A DNA stretch of 64,000 nt from Eledone cirrhosa (taxonomy: Eukaryota), in NCBI GenBank assembly GCA_964016885.1, contig OZ024740.1, forward strand, positions 13,454,001 through 13,518,000, in the 5' to 3' direction. A program made the position numbers and the translations under genes. Of this stretch, positions 36,701 through 50,400 are shown one piece after another (positions within the stretch are counted from its first letter, which is position 1; each line of letters opens with the position of its first letter). A model generated the notes under the pieces. That model searched no databases and was not told where the DNA came from. It saw nothing but the letters and a program-made list of their open reading frames with translations.

Positions 36701-39700
36701 GTTGTTCTGGTAGTCAGAATCGTGTTCTGGTAGTCAGAATGGTGTTCTGGTAGTCAGAATGGTGTTCTGGTAGTCAGACTGGTGTTCTGGTAGTCAGACT
36801 GGTGTTCTGGTAGTCAGAATTGTGTTTCTGGAAGTCAGACTGGTGTTCTGGTAGTCAGACTGCTGTTCTGGTAGTCAGAATTGTGTTCTGGTAGTCAGAA
36901 TGGTGTTCTGGTAGTCAGACTGCTGTTCTGGTAGTCAGAATAGTGTTCTGCTAGTCAGAATGGTGTTCTGGTAGTCAGAATGTTGTTCTGGTAGTCAGAC
37001 TGGTGTTCTGTTAGTCAGAATGGTGTTCTGGTAGTCAGCCTGATGTTCTGGTAGTCAGAATGGTATTCTGGTAGTCAGAATAGTGTTCTGCTAGTCAGAC
37101 TGGTGTTCTGGTAGTCAGACTGGTGTTCCGGTAGTCAGACTGGTGTTCTGGTAGTCAGAATGGGGTTCTGGTAGTCAGACTGATGTTCTGGTAGTCAGAA
37201 TTGTGCTCTGGTAATCAGAATGGTGTTCTAGTAGTCAGAATGGTGTTCTGCTAGTCGGAATGGTGTTCTGGTAGTCAGAATGGTGTTCTGGTAGTCAGAA
37301 TCGTGTTCTGGTAGTCAGACTGATGTTCTGGTAGTCAGAATGGTGTTCTGGTAGTCAGACTGGTGTTCTGGTAGTCAGACTGGTGTTCTGGTAGTCAGAA
37401 TGGTGTTCTGGTAGTCAGAATGGTGTTCTGGTAGTCAGACTGATGTTCTGGTAGTCAGAATTGTGTTCTGGCAGTCAGAATGGTGTTCTAATAGTCAGAA
37501 TGGTGTTCTGGTAGTCAGAATGGTGTTCTGGTAGTCAGACTGATGTTCTGGTAGTCAGAATGGTGTTCTGGTAGTCGGAATCGTGTTCTGGTAGTCAGAA
37601 TCGTGTTCTGGTAGTCAGAATGGTGTTCTGGTAGTCAGACTGGTGTTCTGGTAGTCAGACTGGTGTTCTGGTAGTCAGAATGGTGTTCTGGTAGTCAGAA
37701 TGGTGTTCTGGTAGTCAGACTGATGTTCTGGTAGTCAGAATTGTGTTCTGGCAGTCAGAATGGTGTTCTAATAGTCAGAATGGTGTTCTGGTAGTCAGAA
37801 TGGTGTTCTGGTAGTCAGAATGTTGTTCTGGTAGTCAGAATCGTGTTCTGGTAGTCAGAATCGTGTTCTGGTAGTCAGAATGGTGTTCTGGTAGTCAGAA
37901 TGGTGTTCTGGTAGTCAGACTGATGTTCTGGTAGTCAGAATGGTGTTCTGGTAGTCCGAATAGTGTCCTGGTAGTCAGAATCGTGTTCTGGTAGTCAGAA
38001 TGGTGTTCTGTTAGTCAGGATGGTGTTGTGGTAGTCAGAATGGTGTTCTGGTAGTCAAAATGGTGTTCTGGTAGTCAGAATGGTGTTCCGGTATGCAGAA
38101 TGGTATTCTGGTAGTCAGACTGGTGTTCTGGTAGTCTGACTGGTGTTCTGGTAGTCAGAATTGTGTTCTGGTAGTAAGCCTGATGTTCTGGTAGTCAGAC
38201 TGGTGTTCTGGTAGTCAGAATGGTATTCTGCTAGTCAGACTGGTGTTCTGGTAGTCAGACTGGTGTTCTGGTAGTCAGAATTGTGTTCTGGTAGTCAGAC
38301 TGGTGTTCTGGTAGTCAGACTGCTGTTCTGGTAGTCAGAATAGTATTCTGGTAGTCAGAATTGTGTTCTGGTAGTCAGCCTGATGTTCTGGTAGTCAGAC
38401 TGGTGTCCTGGTAGTCAGAATTGTGTTCTGGTAGTCAGACTGGTGTTCTGGTAGTCAGACTGCTGTTCTGGTAGTCAGAATAGTGTTCTGGTAGTCAGAA
38501 TGGTGTTCTGGTAGTCAGACTGGTGTTCTGGTAGTCAGACTGGTGTTCTGGTAGTCAGACTGCTGTTGTGGTAGTCAGAATAGTGTTCTGGTAGTCAGAA
38601 TGGTGTTCTGGTAGTCAGAATGTTGTTCTGGTAGTCAGACTGGTGTTCTGTTAGTCAGAATGGTGTTCTGGTAGTCAGCCTGATGTTCTGGTAGTCAGAA
38701 TGGTATTCTGGTAGTCAGACTGGTGTTCTGGTAGTCAGACTGGTGTTCTGGTAGTCAGACTGGTGTTCTGGTAGTCAGACTGGTGTTCTGGTAGTCAGAA
38801 TGGTGTTCTGGTAGTCAGAATGGTGTTCTGGTAGTCAGACTGATGTTCTGGTAGTCAGAATTGTGTTCTGGCAGTCAGAATGGTGTTCTAATAGTCAGAA
38901 TGGTGTTCTGGTAGTCAGAATGGTGTTCTGGTAGTCAGAATGTTGTTCTGGTAGTCAGAATCGTGTTCTGGTAGTCAGAATGGTGTTCTGGTAGTCAGAA
39001 TGGTGTTCTGGTAGTCAGACTGGTGTTCTGGTAGTCAGACTGGTGTTCTGGTAGTCAGAATTGTGTTTCTGGAAGTCAGACTGGTGTTCTGGTAGTCAGA
39101 CTGCTGTTCTGGTAGTCAGAATTGTGTTCTGGTAGTCAGAATGGTGTTCTGGTAGTCAGACTGCTGTTCTGGTAGTCAGAATAGTGTTCTGCTAGTCAGA
39201 ATGGTGTTCTGGTAGTCAGAATGTTGTTCTGGTAGTCAGACTGGTGTTCTGTTAGTCAGAATGGTGTTCTGGTAGTCAGCCTGATGTTCTGGTAGTCAGA
39301 ATGGTATTCTGGTAGTCAGACTGGTGTTCTGGTAGTCAGACTGGTGTTCTGGTAGTCAGACTGGTGTTCCGGTAGTCAGACTGGTGTTCTGGTAGTCAGA
39401 ATGGGGTTCTGGTAGTCAGACTGATGTTCTGGTAGTCAGAATTGTGCTCTGGTAATCAGAATGGTGTTCTAGTAGTCAGAATGGTGTTCTGCTAGTCGGA
39501 ATGGTGTTCTGGTAGTCAGAATGGTGTTCTGGTAGTCAGAATCGTGTTCTGGTAGTCAGACTGATGTTCTGGTAGTCAGAATGGTGTTCTGGTAGTCAGA
39601 CTGGTGTTCTGGTAGTCAGACTGGTGTTCTGGTAGTCAGAATGGTGTTCTGGTAGTCAGAATGGTGTTCTGGTAGTCAGACTGATGTTCTGGTAGTCAGA

Positions 39701-42700
39701 ATTGTGTTCTGGCAGTCAGAATGGTGTTCTAATAGTCAGAATGGTGTTCTGGTAGTCAGAATGGTGTTCTGGTAGTCAGAATGTTGTTCTGGTAGTCAGA
39801 ATCGTGTTCTGGTAGTCAGAATGGTGTTCTGGTAGTCAGAATGGTGTTCTGGTAGTCAGAATGGTGTTCTGGTAGTCAGACTGATGTTCTGGTAGTCAGA
39901 ATGGTGTTCTGGTAGTCGGAATCGTGTTCTGGTAGTCAGAATCGTGTTCTGGTAGTCAGAATGGTGTTCTGGTAGTCAGACTGGTGTTCTGGTAGTCAGA
40001 CTGGTGTTCTGGTAGTCAGAATGGTGTTCTGGTAGTCAGAATGGTGTTCTGGTAGTCAGACTGATGTTCTGGTAGTCAGAATTGTGTTCTGGCAGTCAGA
40101 ATGGTGTTCTAATAGTCAGAATGGTGTTCTGGTAGTCAGAATGGTGTTCTGGTAGTCAGAATGTTGTTCTGGTAGTCAGAATCGTGTTCTGGTAGTCAGA
40201 ATCGTGTTCTGGTAGTCAGAATGGTGTTCTGGTAGTCAGAATGGTGTTCTGGTAGTCAGACTGATGTTCTGGTAGTCAGAATGGTGTTCTGGTAGTCCGA
40301 ATAGTGTCCTGGTAGTCAGAATCGTGTTCTGGTAGTCAGAATGGTGTTCTGTTAGTCAGGATGGTGTTGTGGTAGTCAAAATGGTGTTTTGGTAGTCAGA
40401 ATGGTGTTCTGGTAGTCAGAATGGTGTTCTGGTAGTCAGACTGGTGTTCTGGTAGTCAGACTGGTGTTCTGGTAGTCAGAATTGTGTTCTGGTAGTCAGA
40501 ATGGTGTTCTGGTAGTCAGACTGCTGTTCTGGTAGTCAGAATAGTGTTCTGGTAGTCAGAATGGTGTTCTGGTAGTCAGAATGTTGTTCTGGTAGTCAGA
40601 CTGGTGTTCTGTTAGTCAGAATGGTGTTCTGGTAGTCAGCCTGATGTTCTGGTAGTCATAATGGTATTCTGGTAGTCAGACTGGTGTTCTGTTAGTCAGA
40701 CTGGTGTTCTGGTAGTCAGACTGATGTTCTGGTAGTCAGAATGGTATTCTGGTAGTCAGAATGGTGTTCTGGTAGTCAGGATGGTGTTGTGGTAGTCAAA
40801 ATGGTGTTTTGGTAGTCAGAATGGTGTTCTGGTAGTCAGAATGGTGTTCTGGTAGTCAGACTGGTGTTCTGGTAGTCAGACTGGTGTTCTGGTAGTCAGA
40901 ATTGTGTTCTGGTAGTCAGAATGGTGTTCTGGTAGTCAGACTGCTGTTCTGGTAGTCAGAATAGTGTTCTGGTAGTCAGAATGGTGTTCTCGTAGTCAGA
41001 ATGTTGTTCTGGTAGTCAGACTGGTGTTCTGTTAGTCAGAATGGTGTTCTGGTAGTCAGCCTGATGTTCTGGTAGTCATAATGGTATTCTGGTAGTCAGA
41101 CTGGTGTTCTGTTAGTCAGACTGGTGTTCTGTTAGTCAGACTGATGTTCTGGTAGTCAGAATGGTATTCTGGTAGTCAGAATGGTGTTCTGGTAGTCAAA
41201 ATGGTGTTCTGGTAGTCAGAATGGTGTTCCGGTAGTCAGAATGGTATTCTGGTAGTCTGACTGGTGTTCTGGTAGTCAGAATTGTGTTCTGGTAGTAAGC
41301 CTGATGTTCTGGTAGTCAGACTGGTGTTCTGGTAGTCAGAATGGTATTCTGCTAGTCAGACTGGTGTTCTGGTAGTCAGACTGGTGTTCTGGTAGTCAGA
41401 ATTGTGTTCTGGTAGTCAGACTGGTGTTCTGGTAGTCAGACTGCTGTTCTGGTAGTCAGAATAGTGTTCTGGTAGTCAGAATTGTGTTCTGGTAGTCAGC
41501 CTGATGTTCTGGTAGTCAGACTGGTGTTCTGGTAGTCAGAATTGTGTTCTGGTAGTCAGACTGGTGTTCTGGTAGTCAGACTGCTGTTCTGGTAGTCAGA
41601 ATAGTGTTCTGGTAGTCAGAATGGTGTTCTGGTAGTCAGACTGGTGTTCTGGTAGTCAGACTGGTGTTCTGGTAGTCAGACTGCTGTTGTGGTAGTCAGA
41701 ATAGTGTTCTGGTAGTCAGAATGGTGTTCTGGTAGTCAGAATGTTGTTCTGGTAGTCAGACTGGTGTTCTGTTAGTCAGAATGGTGTTCTGGTAGTCAGC
41801 CTGATGTTCTGGTAGTCAGAATGGTATTCTGGTAGTCAGACTGGTGTTCTGGTAGTCAGACTGGTGTTCTGGTAGTCAGACTGGTGTTCTGGTAGTCAGA
41901 CTGGTGTTCTGGTAGTCAGAATGGTGTTCTGTTAGTCAGAATGGTGTTCTGGTAGTCAGACTGATGTTCTGGTAGTCAGAATTGTGTTCTGGCAGTCAGA
42001 ATGGTGTTCTAATAGTCAGAATGGTGTTCTGGTAGTCAGAATGGTGTTCTGGTAGTCAGAATGTTGTTCTGGTAGTCAGAATCGTGTTCTGGTAGTCAGA
42101 ATGGTGTTCTGGTAGTCAGAATGGTGTTCTGGTAGTCAGACTGGTGTTCTGGTAGTCAGACTGGTGTTCTGGTAGTCAGAATTGTGTTTCTGGAAGTCAG
42201 ACTGGTGTTCTGGTAGTCAGACTGCTGTTCTGGTAGTCAGAATTGTGTTCTGGTAGTCAGAATGGTGTTCTGGTAGTCAGACTGCTGTTCTGGTAGTCAG
42301 AATAGTGTTCTGCTAGTCAGAATGGTGTTCTGGTAGTCAGAATGTTGTTCTGGTAGTCAGACTGGAGTTCTGTTAGTCAGAATGGTGTTCTGGTAGTCAG
42401 CCTGATGTTCTGGTAGTCAGAATGGTATTCTGGTAGTCAGACTGGTGTTCTGGTAGTCAGACTCGTGTTCTGGTAGTCAGACTGGTGTTCCGGTAGTCAG
42501 ACTGGTGTTCTGGTAGTCAGAATGGGGTTCTGGTAGTCAGACTGATGTTCTGGTAGTCAGAATTGTGCTCTGGTAATCAGAATGGTGTTCTAGTAGTCAG
42601 AATGGTGTTCTGCTAGTCGGAATGGTGTTCTGGTAGTCAGAATGGTGTTCTGGTAGTCAGAATCGTGTTCTGGTAGTCAGAATCGTGTTCTGGTAGTCAG

Positions 42701-44400
42701 AATGGTGTTCTGGTAGTCAGACTGGTGTTCTGGTAGTCAGACTGGTGTTCTGGTAGTCAGAATGGTGTTCTGGTAGTCAGAATGGTGTTCTGGTAGTCAG
42801 ACTGATGTTCTGGTAGTCAGAATTGTGGTCTGGCAGTCAGAATGGTGTTCTAATAGTCAGAATGGTGTTCTGGTAGTCAGAATGGTGTTCTGGTAGTCAG
42901 AATGTTGTTCTGGTAGTCAGAATCGTGTTCTGGTAGTCAGAATGGTGTTCTGGTAGTCAGAATGGTGTTCTGGTAGTCAGAATGGTGTTCTGGTAGTCAG
43001 ACTGATGTTCTGGTAGTCAGAATGGTGTTCTGGTAGTCCGAATAGTGTCCTGGTAGTCAGAATCGTGTTCTGGTAGTCAGAATGGTGTTCTGTTAGTCAG
43101 GATGGTGTTGTGGTAGTCAAAATGGTGTTTTGGTAGTCAGAATGGTGTTCTGGTAGTCAGAATGGTGTTCTGGTAGTCAGACTGGTGTTCTGGTAGTCAG
43201 ACTGGTGTTCTGGTAGTCAGAATTGTGTTCTGGTAGTCAGAATGGTGTTCTGGTAGTCAGACTGCTGTTCTGGTAGTCAGAATAGTGTTCTGGTAGTCAG
43301 AATGGTGTTCTGGTAGTCAGAATGTTGTTCTGGTAGTCAGACTGGTGTTCTGTTAGTCAGAATGGTGTTCTGGTAGTCAGCCTGATGTTCTGGTAGTCAT
43401 AATGGTATTCTGGTAGTCAGACTGGTGTTCTGTTAGTCAGACTGGTGTTCTGGTAGTCAGACTGATGTTCTGGTAGTCAGAATGGTATTCTGGTAGTCAG
43501 AATGGTGTTCTGGTAGTCAAAATGGTGTTCTGGTAGTCAGAATGGTGTTCCGGTAGTCAGAATGGTATTCTGGTAGTCAGACTGGTGTTCTGGTAGTCTG
43601 ACTGGTGTTCTGGTAGTCAGAATTGTGTTCTGGTAGTAAGCCTGATGTTCTGGTAGTCAGACTGGTGTTCTGGTAGTCAGAATGGTATTCTGCTAGTCAG
43701 ACTGGTGTTCTGGTAGTCAGACTGGTGTTCTGGTAGTCAGAATTGTGTTCTGATAGTCAGACTGGTGTTCTGGTAGTCAGACTGCTGTTCTGGTAGTCAG
43801 AATAGTGTTCTGTTAGTCAGAATGGTGTTCTGTTAGTCAGACTGGTGTTCTGGTAGTCAGACTGGTGTTCTGGTAGTCAGACTGCTGTTCTGGTAGTCAG
43901 AATAGTGTTCTGGTAGTCAGAATGGTGTTCTGGTAGTCAGAATGTTGTTCTGGTAGTCAGACTGGTGTTCTGGTAGTCAGACTGATGTTCTGGTAGTCAG
44001 AATGGTGTTCTGGTAGTCCGAATAGTGTCCTGGTAGTCAGAATCGTGTTCTGGTAGTCAGAATGTTGTTCTGGTAGTCAGAATCGTGTTCTGGTAGTCAG
44101 AATGGTGTTCTGGTAGTCAGAATGGTGTTCTGGTAGTCAGAATGGTGTTCTGGTAGTCAGACTGATGTTCTGGTAGTCAGAATGGTGTTCTGGTAGTCCG
44201 AATAGTGTCCTGGTAGTCAGAATCGTGTTCTGGTAGTCAGAATGGTGTTCTGTTAGTCAGGATGGTGTTGTGGTAGTCAAAATGGTGTTTTGGTAGTCAC
44301 AATGGTGTTCTGGTAGTCAGAATGGTGTTCTGGTAGTCAGACTGGTGTTCTGGTAGTCAGACTGGTGTTCTGGTAGTCAGAATTGTGTTCTGGTAGTCAG
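24776..44400. repeat. Domain A2: homogeneous higher-order-repeat region
   Basis: The 21-bp marker is at 24795, 27116, 29297, 32018 (TAGTG variant), 34099, 36820, 39061 and 42182, with the same downstream variant order as A1. Confidence 0.85.
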
Positions 44401-47400
44401 ACTGGTCTTCTGGTAGTCAGACTTCTTCTGATAGTCAGACTGGTGTTCTGGTAGTCAGAATGGTTCTGGTAGTCAGAATGGTGTTCTGGTAGTCGGACTG
44501 GTGTTCTGGTAGTCAGAATGGTGTTCTGGTAGTCAGACTGGAGTTTTGGTATTCAGACTGGTGTTCTGGTAGTCAGATTGGTGTTCTGGTAGTCAGAATG
44601 GTTCTGGTAGTCAGAATGGTGTTCTGGTAGTGAGAATGGTTCTGGTAGTCAGAATGGTGTTCTGGTAGTCAGCCTGATGTTCTGGTCGACAGACTGGTGT
44701 TCTGGTAGTCAGACTGGTGTTCTGGTAGTCAGCCTGATGTTCTGGTAGACAGACTGGTGTTCTGGTAGTCAGAATTGTGTTCTGGTAGTCAGAATGGTGT
44801 TCTAGTAGTCAGAATGGTGTTCTGGTAGTCAGAATGGTGTTCTGGTAGTCAGAATGGTGTTCTGGTAGTCAGAATGGTGTTCTGGTAGTCAGAATGGTGT
44901 TCTGGTAGTCAGAATGGTGTTCTGGTAGTCAGACTGATGTTCTGGTAGTCAGAATGGTGTTCTGTTAGTCAGAATGGTGTTCTGGTAGTCAGAATGATGT
45001 TCTGGTAGTCAAAATGGTGTTCTGGTAGTCAGAATGGTGTTCTGGTAGTCAGAATGGTGTTCTGGTAGTCAAAATGGTGTTCTGGTAGTCAGAATGGTGT
45101 TCTGATAGTCAAAATGGTGTTCTGGTAGTCAAAATGGTGTTCTGGTAGTCAGAATGGTGTTCTGGTAGTCAGAATGGTGTTTTGGTAGTCAGAATGGTGT
45201 TCTGGTAGTCAAAATGGTGTTCTGGTAGTCAAAATGGTGTTCTGGTAGTCAGAATGGTGTTCTGGTAGTCAGAATGGTGTTCTAGTAGTCATTATGGTGT
45301 TCTGGTAGTCAGAATGGTGTTCTAGTAGTCATTATGGTGTTCTGGTAGTCAGAATGGTGTTCTGGTAGTCAGAATGGTGTTCTGGTAATCAGAATGGTGT
45401 TCTGGTAGTCAGAATGGTGTTCTGGTAGTCAGAATGGTGTTCTGGTAGTCAGAATGGTGTTATGGTAGTCAGCCTGATGTTCTGGTAGTCAGACTGGTGT
45501 TCTGGTAGTCATATTGGTGTTCTGGTCGTCAGCCTGATGTTCTGGTAGACAGACTGGTGTTCTGGTAGTCAGACTGGTGTTCTGGTAGTCAGAATGGTGT
45601 TCTGGTAGTCAGCCTGATGTTCTGGTAGATAGACTGGTGTTCTGGTAGTCAGAATGGTGTTCTGGTAGTCAGCCTGATGTTCTGGTAGACAGACTGGTGT
45701 TCTGGTAGTCAGACTGGTGTTCTGGTAGTCAGCCTGATGTTCTGGTAGACAGACTGGTGTTCTGGTAGTCAGCCTGATGTTCAGGTAGTCAGAATGGTGT
45801 TCTGGTAGTCAGCCTGATGTTCTGGTAGTCAGAATGGTGTTCTGGTAGTCAGCCTGATGTTCTGGTAGACAAACTGGTGTTCTGGTAGTCAGAATGGTGT
45901 TCTGTTAGTCAGCCTGATGTTCTGGTAGACAGACTGGTGTTCCGGTAGTCAGACTGGTGTTCTGGTAGTCAGCCTGATGTTCTGGTAGAAAGTCTAGTGT
46001 TCTGGTAGTCAGCCTGATGTTCTGGTAGTCATATTGGTGTTCTGGTAATCAGCCTGATGTTCTGGTAGTCAGAATGGTATTCTGGTAGTCAGACTGGTGT
46101 TCTGATAGTCAGAATGGTGTTCTGATAGTCAGCCTGATGTTCTGGTAGTCAGACTGGTGTTCTGGTAGTCAGAATGGTATTCTGGTAGTCAGACTGGTGT
46201 TCTGGTAGTCAGACTGGTGTTCTGGTAGTCAGAATTGTGTTCTGGTAGTCAGCCTGATGTTCTGGTAGTCAGACTGGTGTTCTGGTAGTCAGAATGGTAT
46301 TCTGGTAGTCAGACTGGTGTTCTGGTAGTCAGACTGGTGTTCTGGTAGTCAGAATTGTGTTCTGGTAGTCAGACTGGTGTTCTGGTAGTCAGACTGCTGT
46401 TCTGGTAGTCAGAATAGTGTTCTGGTAGTCAGAATGGTGTTCTGGTAGTCAGACTGGTGTTCTGGTAGTCAGACTGGTGTTCTGGTAGTCAGAATTGTGT
46501 TCTGGTAGTCAGACTGGTGTTCTGGTAGTCAGACTGCTGTTCTGGTAGTCAGAATAGTGTTCTGGTAGTCAGAATGGTGTTCTGGTAGTCAGAATGTTGT
46601 TCTGGTAGTCAGACTGGTGTTCTGTTAGTCAGAATGGTGTTCTGGTAGTCAGCCTGATGTTCTGGTAGTCACAATGGTATTCTGGTAGTCAGACTGGTGT
46701 TCTGGTAGTCAGACTGGTGTTCTGGTAGTCAGACTAGTGTTCTGGTAGTCAGACTGGTGTTCTGGTAGTCAGAATCGTGTTCTGGTAGTCAGAATGGTGT
46801 TCTGGTAGTCAGAATGGTGTTCTGGTAGTCAGAATGGTGTTCTGGTAGTCAGACTGGTGTTTTGGTAGTCAGAATGGTGTTCTGGTAGTCAGAATGGTGT
46901 TCTGGTAGTCAGAATGGTGTTCTGGTAGTCAGACTGATGTTCTGGTAGTCAGAATGGTGTTCTGGTAGTCAGACTGGAGTTTTGGTATTCAGACTGGTGT
47001 TCTGGTAGACAGACTAGTGTTCTGGTAGTCAGACTGGTATTCTGGTAGTCAGACTGGTCTTCTGCTAGTCAGACTTCTTCTGATAGTCAGACTGGTGTTC
47101 TGGTAGTCAGAATGGTGTTCTGTTAGTCAGGATGGTGTTCTGGTAGTCAAAATGGTGTTTTGGTACTCAGAATGGTTTTCTGGTAGTCAGAATCGTGTTC
47201 TGGTAGTCAGAATGGTGTTCTGGTAGTCAGAATGGTGTTCTGGTAGACAGGATGGTGTTCTGGTAGTCAGAATGGTGTTCTGGTATACAAAATGGTGTTC
47301 TGGTAGTCAAAATGGTGTTCTGGTAGTCAGAATGGAGTTCTGGTAGACAGACTGGTGTTCTGGTAGTCAGCCTGGTATTCTGGTAGTCAGACTGGTCTTC

Positions 47401-50400
47401 TGGTAGTCAGACTTCTTCTGATAGTCAGACTGGTGTTCTGGTAGTCAGAATGGTTCTGTTAGTCAGAATGGTGTTCTGGTAGTCGGACTGGTGTTCTGGT
47501 AGTCAGAATGGTGTTCTGGTAGTCAGACTGGAGTTTTGGTATTCAGACTGGTGTTCTGGTAGTCAGAATGGTGTTCTGGTAGTCAGCCTGATGTTCTGGT
47601 AGACAAACTGGTGTTCTGGTAGTCAGAATGGTGTTCTGTTAGTCAGCCTGATGTTCTGGTAGACAGACTGGTGTTCCGGTAGTCAGACTGGTGTTCTGGT
47701 AGTCAGCCTGATGTTCTGGTAGAAAGTCTAGTGTTCTGGTAGTCAGCCTGATGTTCTGGTAGTCATATTGGTGTTCTGGTAATCAGCCTGATGTTCTGGT
47801 AGTCAGAATGGTATTCTGGTAGTCAGACTGGTGTTCTGATAGTCAGAATGGTGTTCTGATAGTCAGCCTGATGTTCTGGTAGTCAGACTGGTGTTCTGGT
47901 AGTCAGAATGGTATTCTGGTAGTCAGACTGGTGTTCTGGTAGTCAGACTGGTGTTCTGGTAGTCAGAATTGTGTTCTGGTAGTCAGGCTGATGTTCTGGT
48001 AGTCAGACTGGTGTTCTGGTAGTCAGAATGGTATTCTGGTAGTCAGACTGGTGTTCTGGTAGTCAGACTGGTGTTCTGGTAGTCAGAATTGTGTTCTGGT
48101 AGTCAGACTGGTGTTCTGGTAGTCAGACTGCTGTTCTGGTAGTCAGAATAGTGTTCTGGTAGTCAGAATGGTGTTCTGGTAGTCAGACTGGTGTTCTGGT
48201 AGTCAGACTGGTGTTCTGGTAGTCAGAATTGTGTTCTGGTAGTCAGACTGGTGTTCTGGTAGTCAGACTGCTGTTCTGGTAGTCAGAATAGTGTTCTGGT
48301 AGTCAGAATGGTGTTCTGGTAGTCAGAATGTTGTTCTGGTAGTCAGACTGGTGTTCTGTTAGTCAGAATGGTGTTCTGGTAGTCAGCCTGATGTTCTGGT
48401 AGTCACAATGGTATTCTGGTAGTCAGACTGGTGTTCTGGTAGTCAGACTGGTGTTCTGGTAGTCAGACTAGTGTTCTGGTAGTCAGACTGGTGTTCTGGT
48501 AGTCAGAATCGTGTTCTGGTAGTCAGAATGGTGTTCTGGTAGTCAGAATGGTGTTCTGGTAGTCAGAATGGTGTTCTGGTAGTCAGACTGGTGTTTTGGT
48601 AGTCAGAATGGTGTTCTGGTAGTCAGAATGGTGTTCTGGTAGTCAGAATGGTGTTCTGGTAGTCAGACTGATGTTCTGGTAGTCAGAATGGTGTTCTGGT
48701 AGTCAGACTGGAGTTTTGGTATTCAGACTGGTGTTCTGGTAGACAGACTAGTGTTCTGGTAGTCAGACTGGTATTCTGGTAGTCAGACTGGTCTTCTGGT
48801 AGTCAGACTTCTTCTGATAGTCAGACTGGTGTTCTGGTAGTCAGAATGGTGTTCTGTTAGTCAGGATGGTGTTCTGGTAGTCAAAATGGTGTTTTGGTAC
48901 TCAGAATGGTTTTCTGGTAGTCAGAATCGTGTTCTGGTAGTCAGAATGGTGTTCTGGTAGTCAGAATGGTGTTCTGGTAGACAGGATGGTGTTCTGGTAG
49001 TCAGAATGGTGTTCTGGTATACAAAATGGTGTTCTGGTAGTCAAAATGGTGTTCTGGTAGTCAGAATGGAGTTCTGGTAGACAGACTGGTGTTCTGGTAG
49101 TCAGCCTGGTATTCTGGTAGTCAGACTGGTCTTCTGGTAGTCAGACTTCTTCTGATAGTCAGACTGGTGTTCTGGTAGTCAGAATGGTTCTGTTAGTCAG
49201 AATGGTGTTCTGGTAGTCGGACTGGTGTTCTGGTAGTCAGAATGGTGTTCTGGTAGTCAGACTGGAGTTTTGGTATTCAGACAGGTGTTCTGGTAGTCAG
49301 ATTGGTGTTCTGGTAGTCAGAATGGTTCTGGTAGTCAGAATGGTGTTCTGGTAGTGAGAATGGTTCTGGTAGTCAGAATGGTTCTGGTAGTCAGAATGGT
49401 GTTCTGGTAGTCATATTGGTGTTATGGTAGTCAGCCTGATGTTCTGGTAGTCAGACTGGTGTTCTGGTAGTCATATTGGTGTTCTGGTCGTCAGCCTGAT
49501 GTTCTGGTAGACAGACTGGTGTTCTGGTAGTCAGACTGGTGTTCTGGTAGTCAGAATGGTGTTCTGGTAGTCAGCCTGATGTTCTGGTAGATAGACTGGT
49601 GTTCTGGTAGTCAGAATGGTGTTCTGGTAGTCAGCCTGATGTTCTGGTAGACAGACTGGTGTTCTGGTAGTCAGACTGGTGTTCTGGTAGTCAGCCTGAT
49701 GTTCTGGTAGACAGACTGGTGTTCTGCTAGTCAGCCTGATGTTCAGGTAGTCAGAATGGTGTTCTGGTAGTCAGCCTGATGTTCTGGTAGTCAGAATGGT
49801 GTTCTGGTAGTCAGCCTGATGTTCTGGTAGACAAACTGGTGTTCTGGTAGTCAGAAAGGTGTTCTGTTAGTCAGCCTGATGTTCTGGTAGACAGACTGGT
49901 GTTCCGGTAGTCAGACTGGTGTTCTGGTAGTCAGCCTGATGTTCTGGTAGAATGTCTGGTGTTCTGGTAGTCAGCCTGATGTTCTGGTAGTCATATTGGT
50001 GTTCTGGTAGTCAGCCTGATGTTCTGGTAGTCAGAATGGTATTCTGGTAGTCAGACTGGTGTTCTGATAGTCAGAATGGTGTTCTGGTAGTCAGCCTGAT
50101 GTTCTGGTAGTCAGACTGGTGTTCTGGTAGTCAGAATGGTATTCTGGTAGTCAGACTGGTGTTCTGGTTGTCAGACTGGTGTTCTGGTAGTCAGAATTGT
50201 GTTCTGGTAGTCAGCCTGATGTTCTGGTAGTCAGACTGGTGTTCTGGTAGTCAGAATGGTATTCTGGTAGTCAGACTGGTGTTCTGGTAGTCAGACTCGT
50301 GTTCTGGTAGTCAGAAATGTGTTCTGGTAGTCAGACTGGTGTTCTGGTAGTCAGACTGCTGTTCTGGTAGTCAGAATAGTGTTCTGGTAGTCAGAATGGT

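Noticed and set aside
38091-38100. One-off GTATGCAG variant
   Set aside because: A single occurrence that cannot be distinguished from an ordinary mutation or base-calling error.
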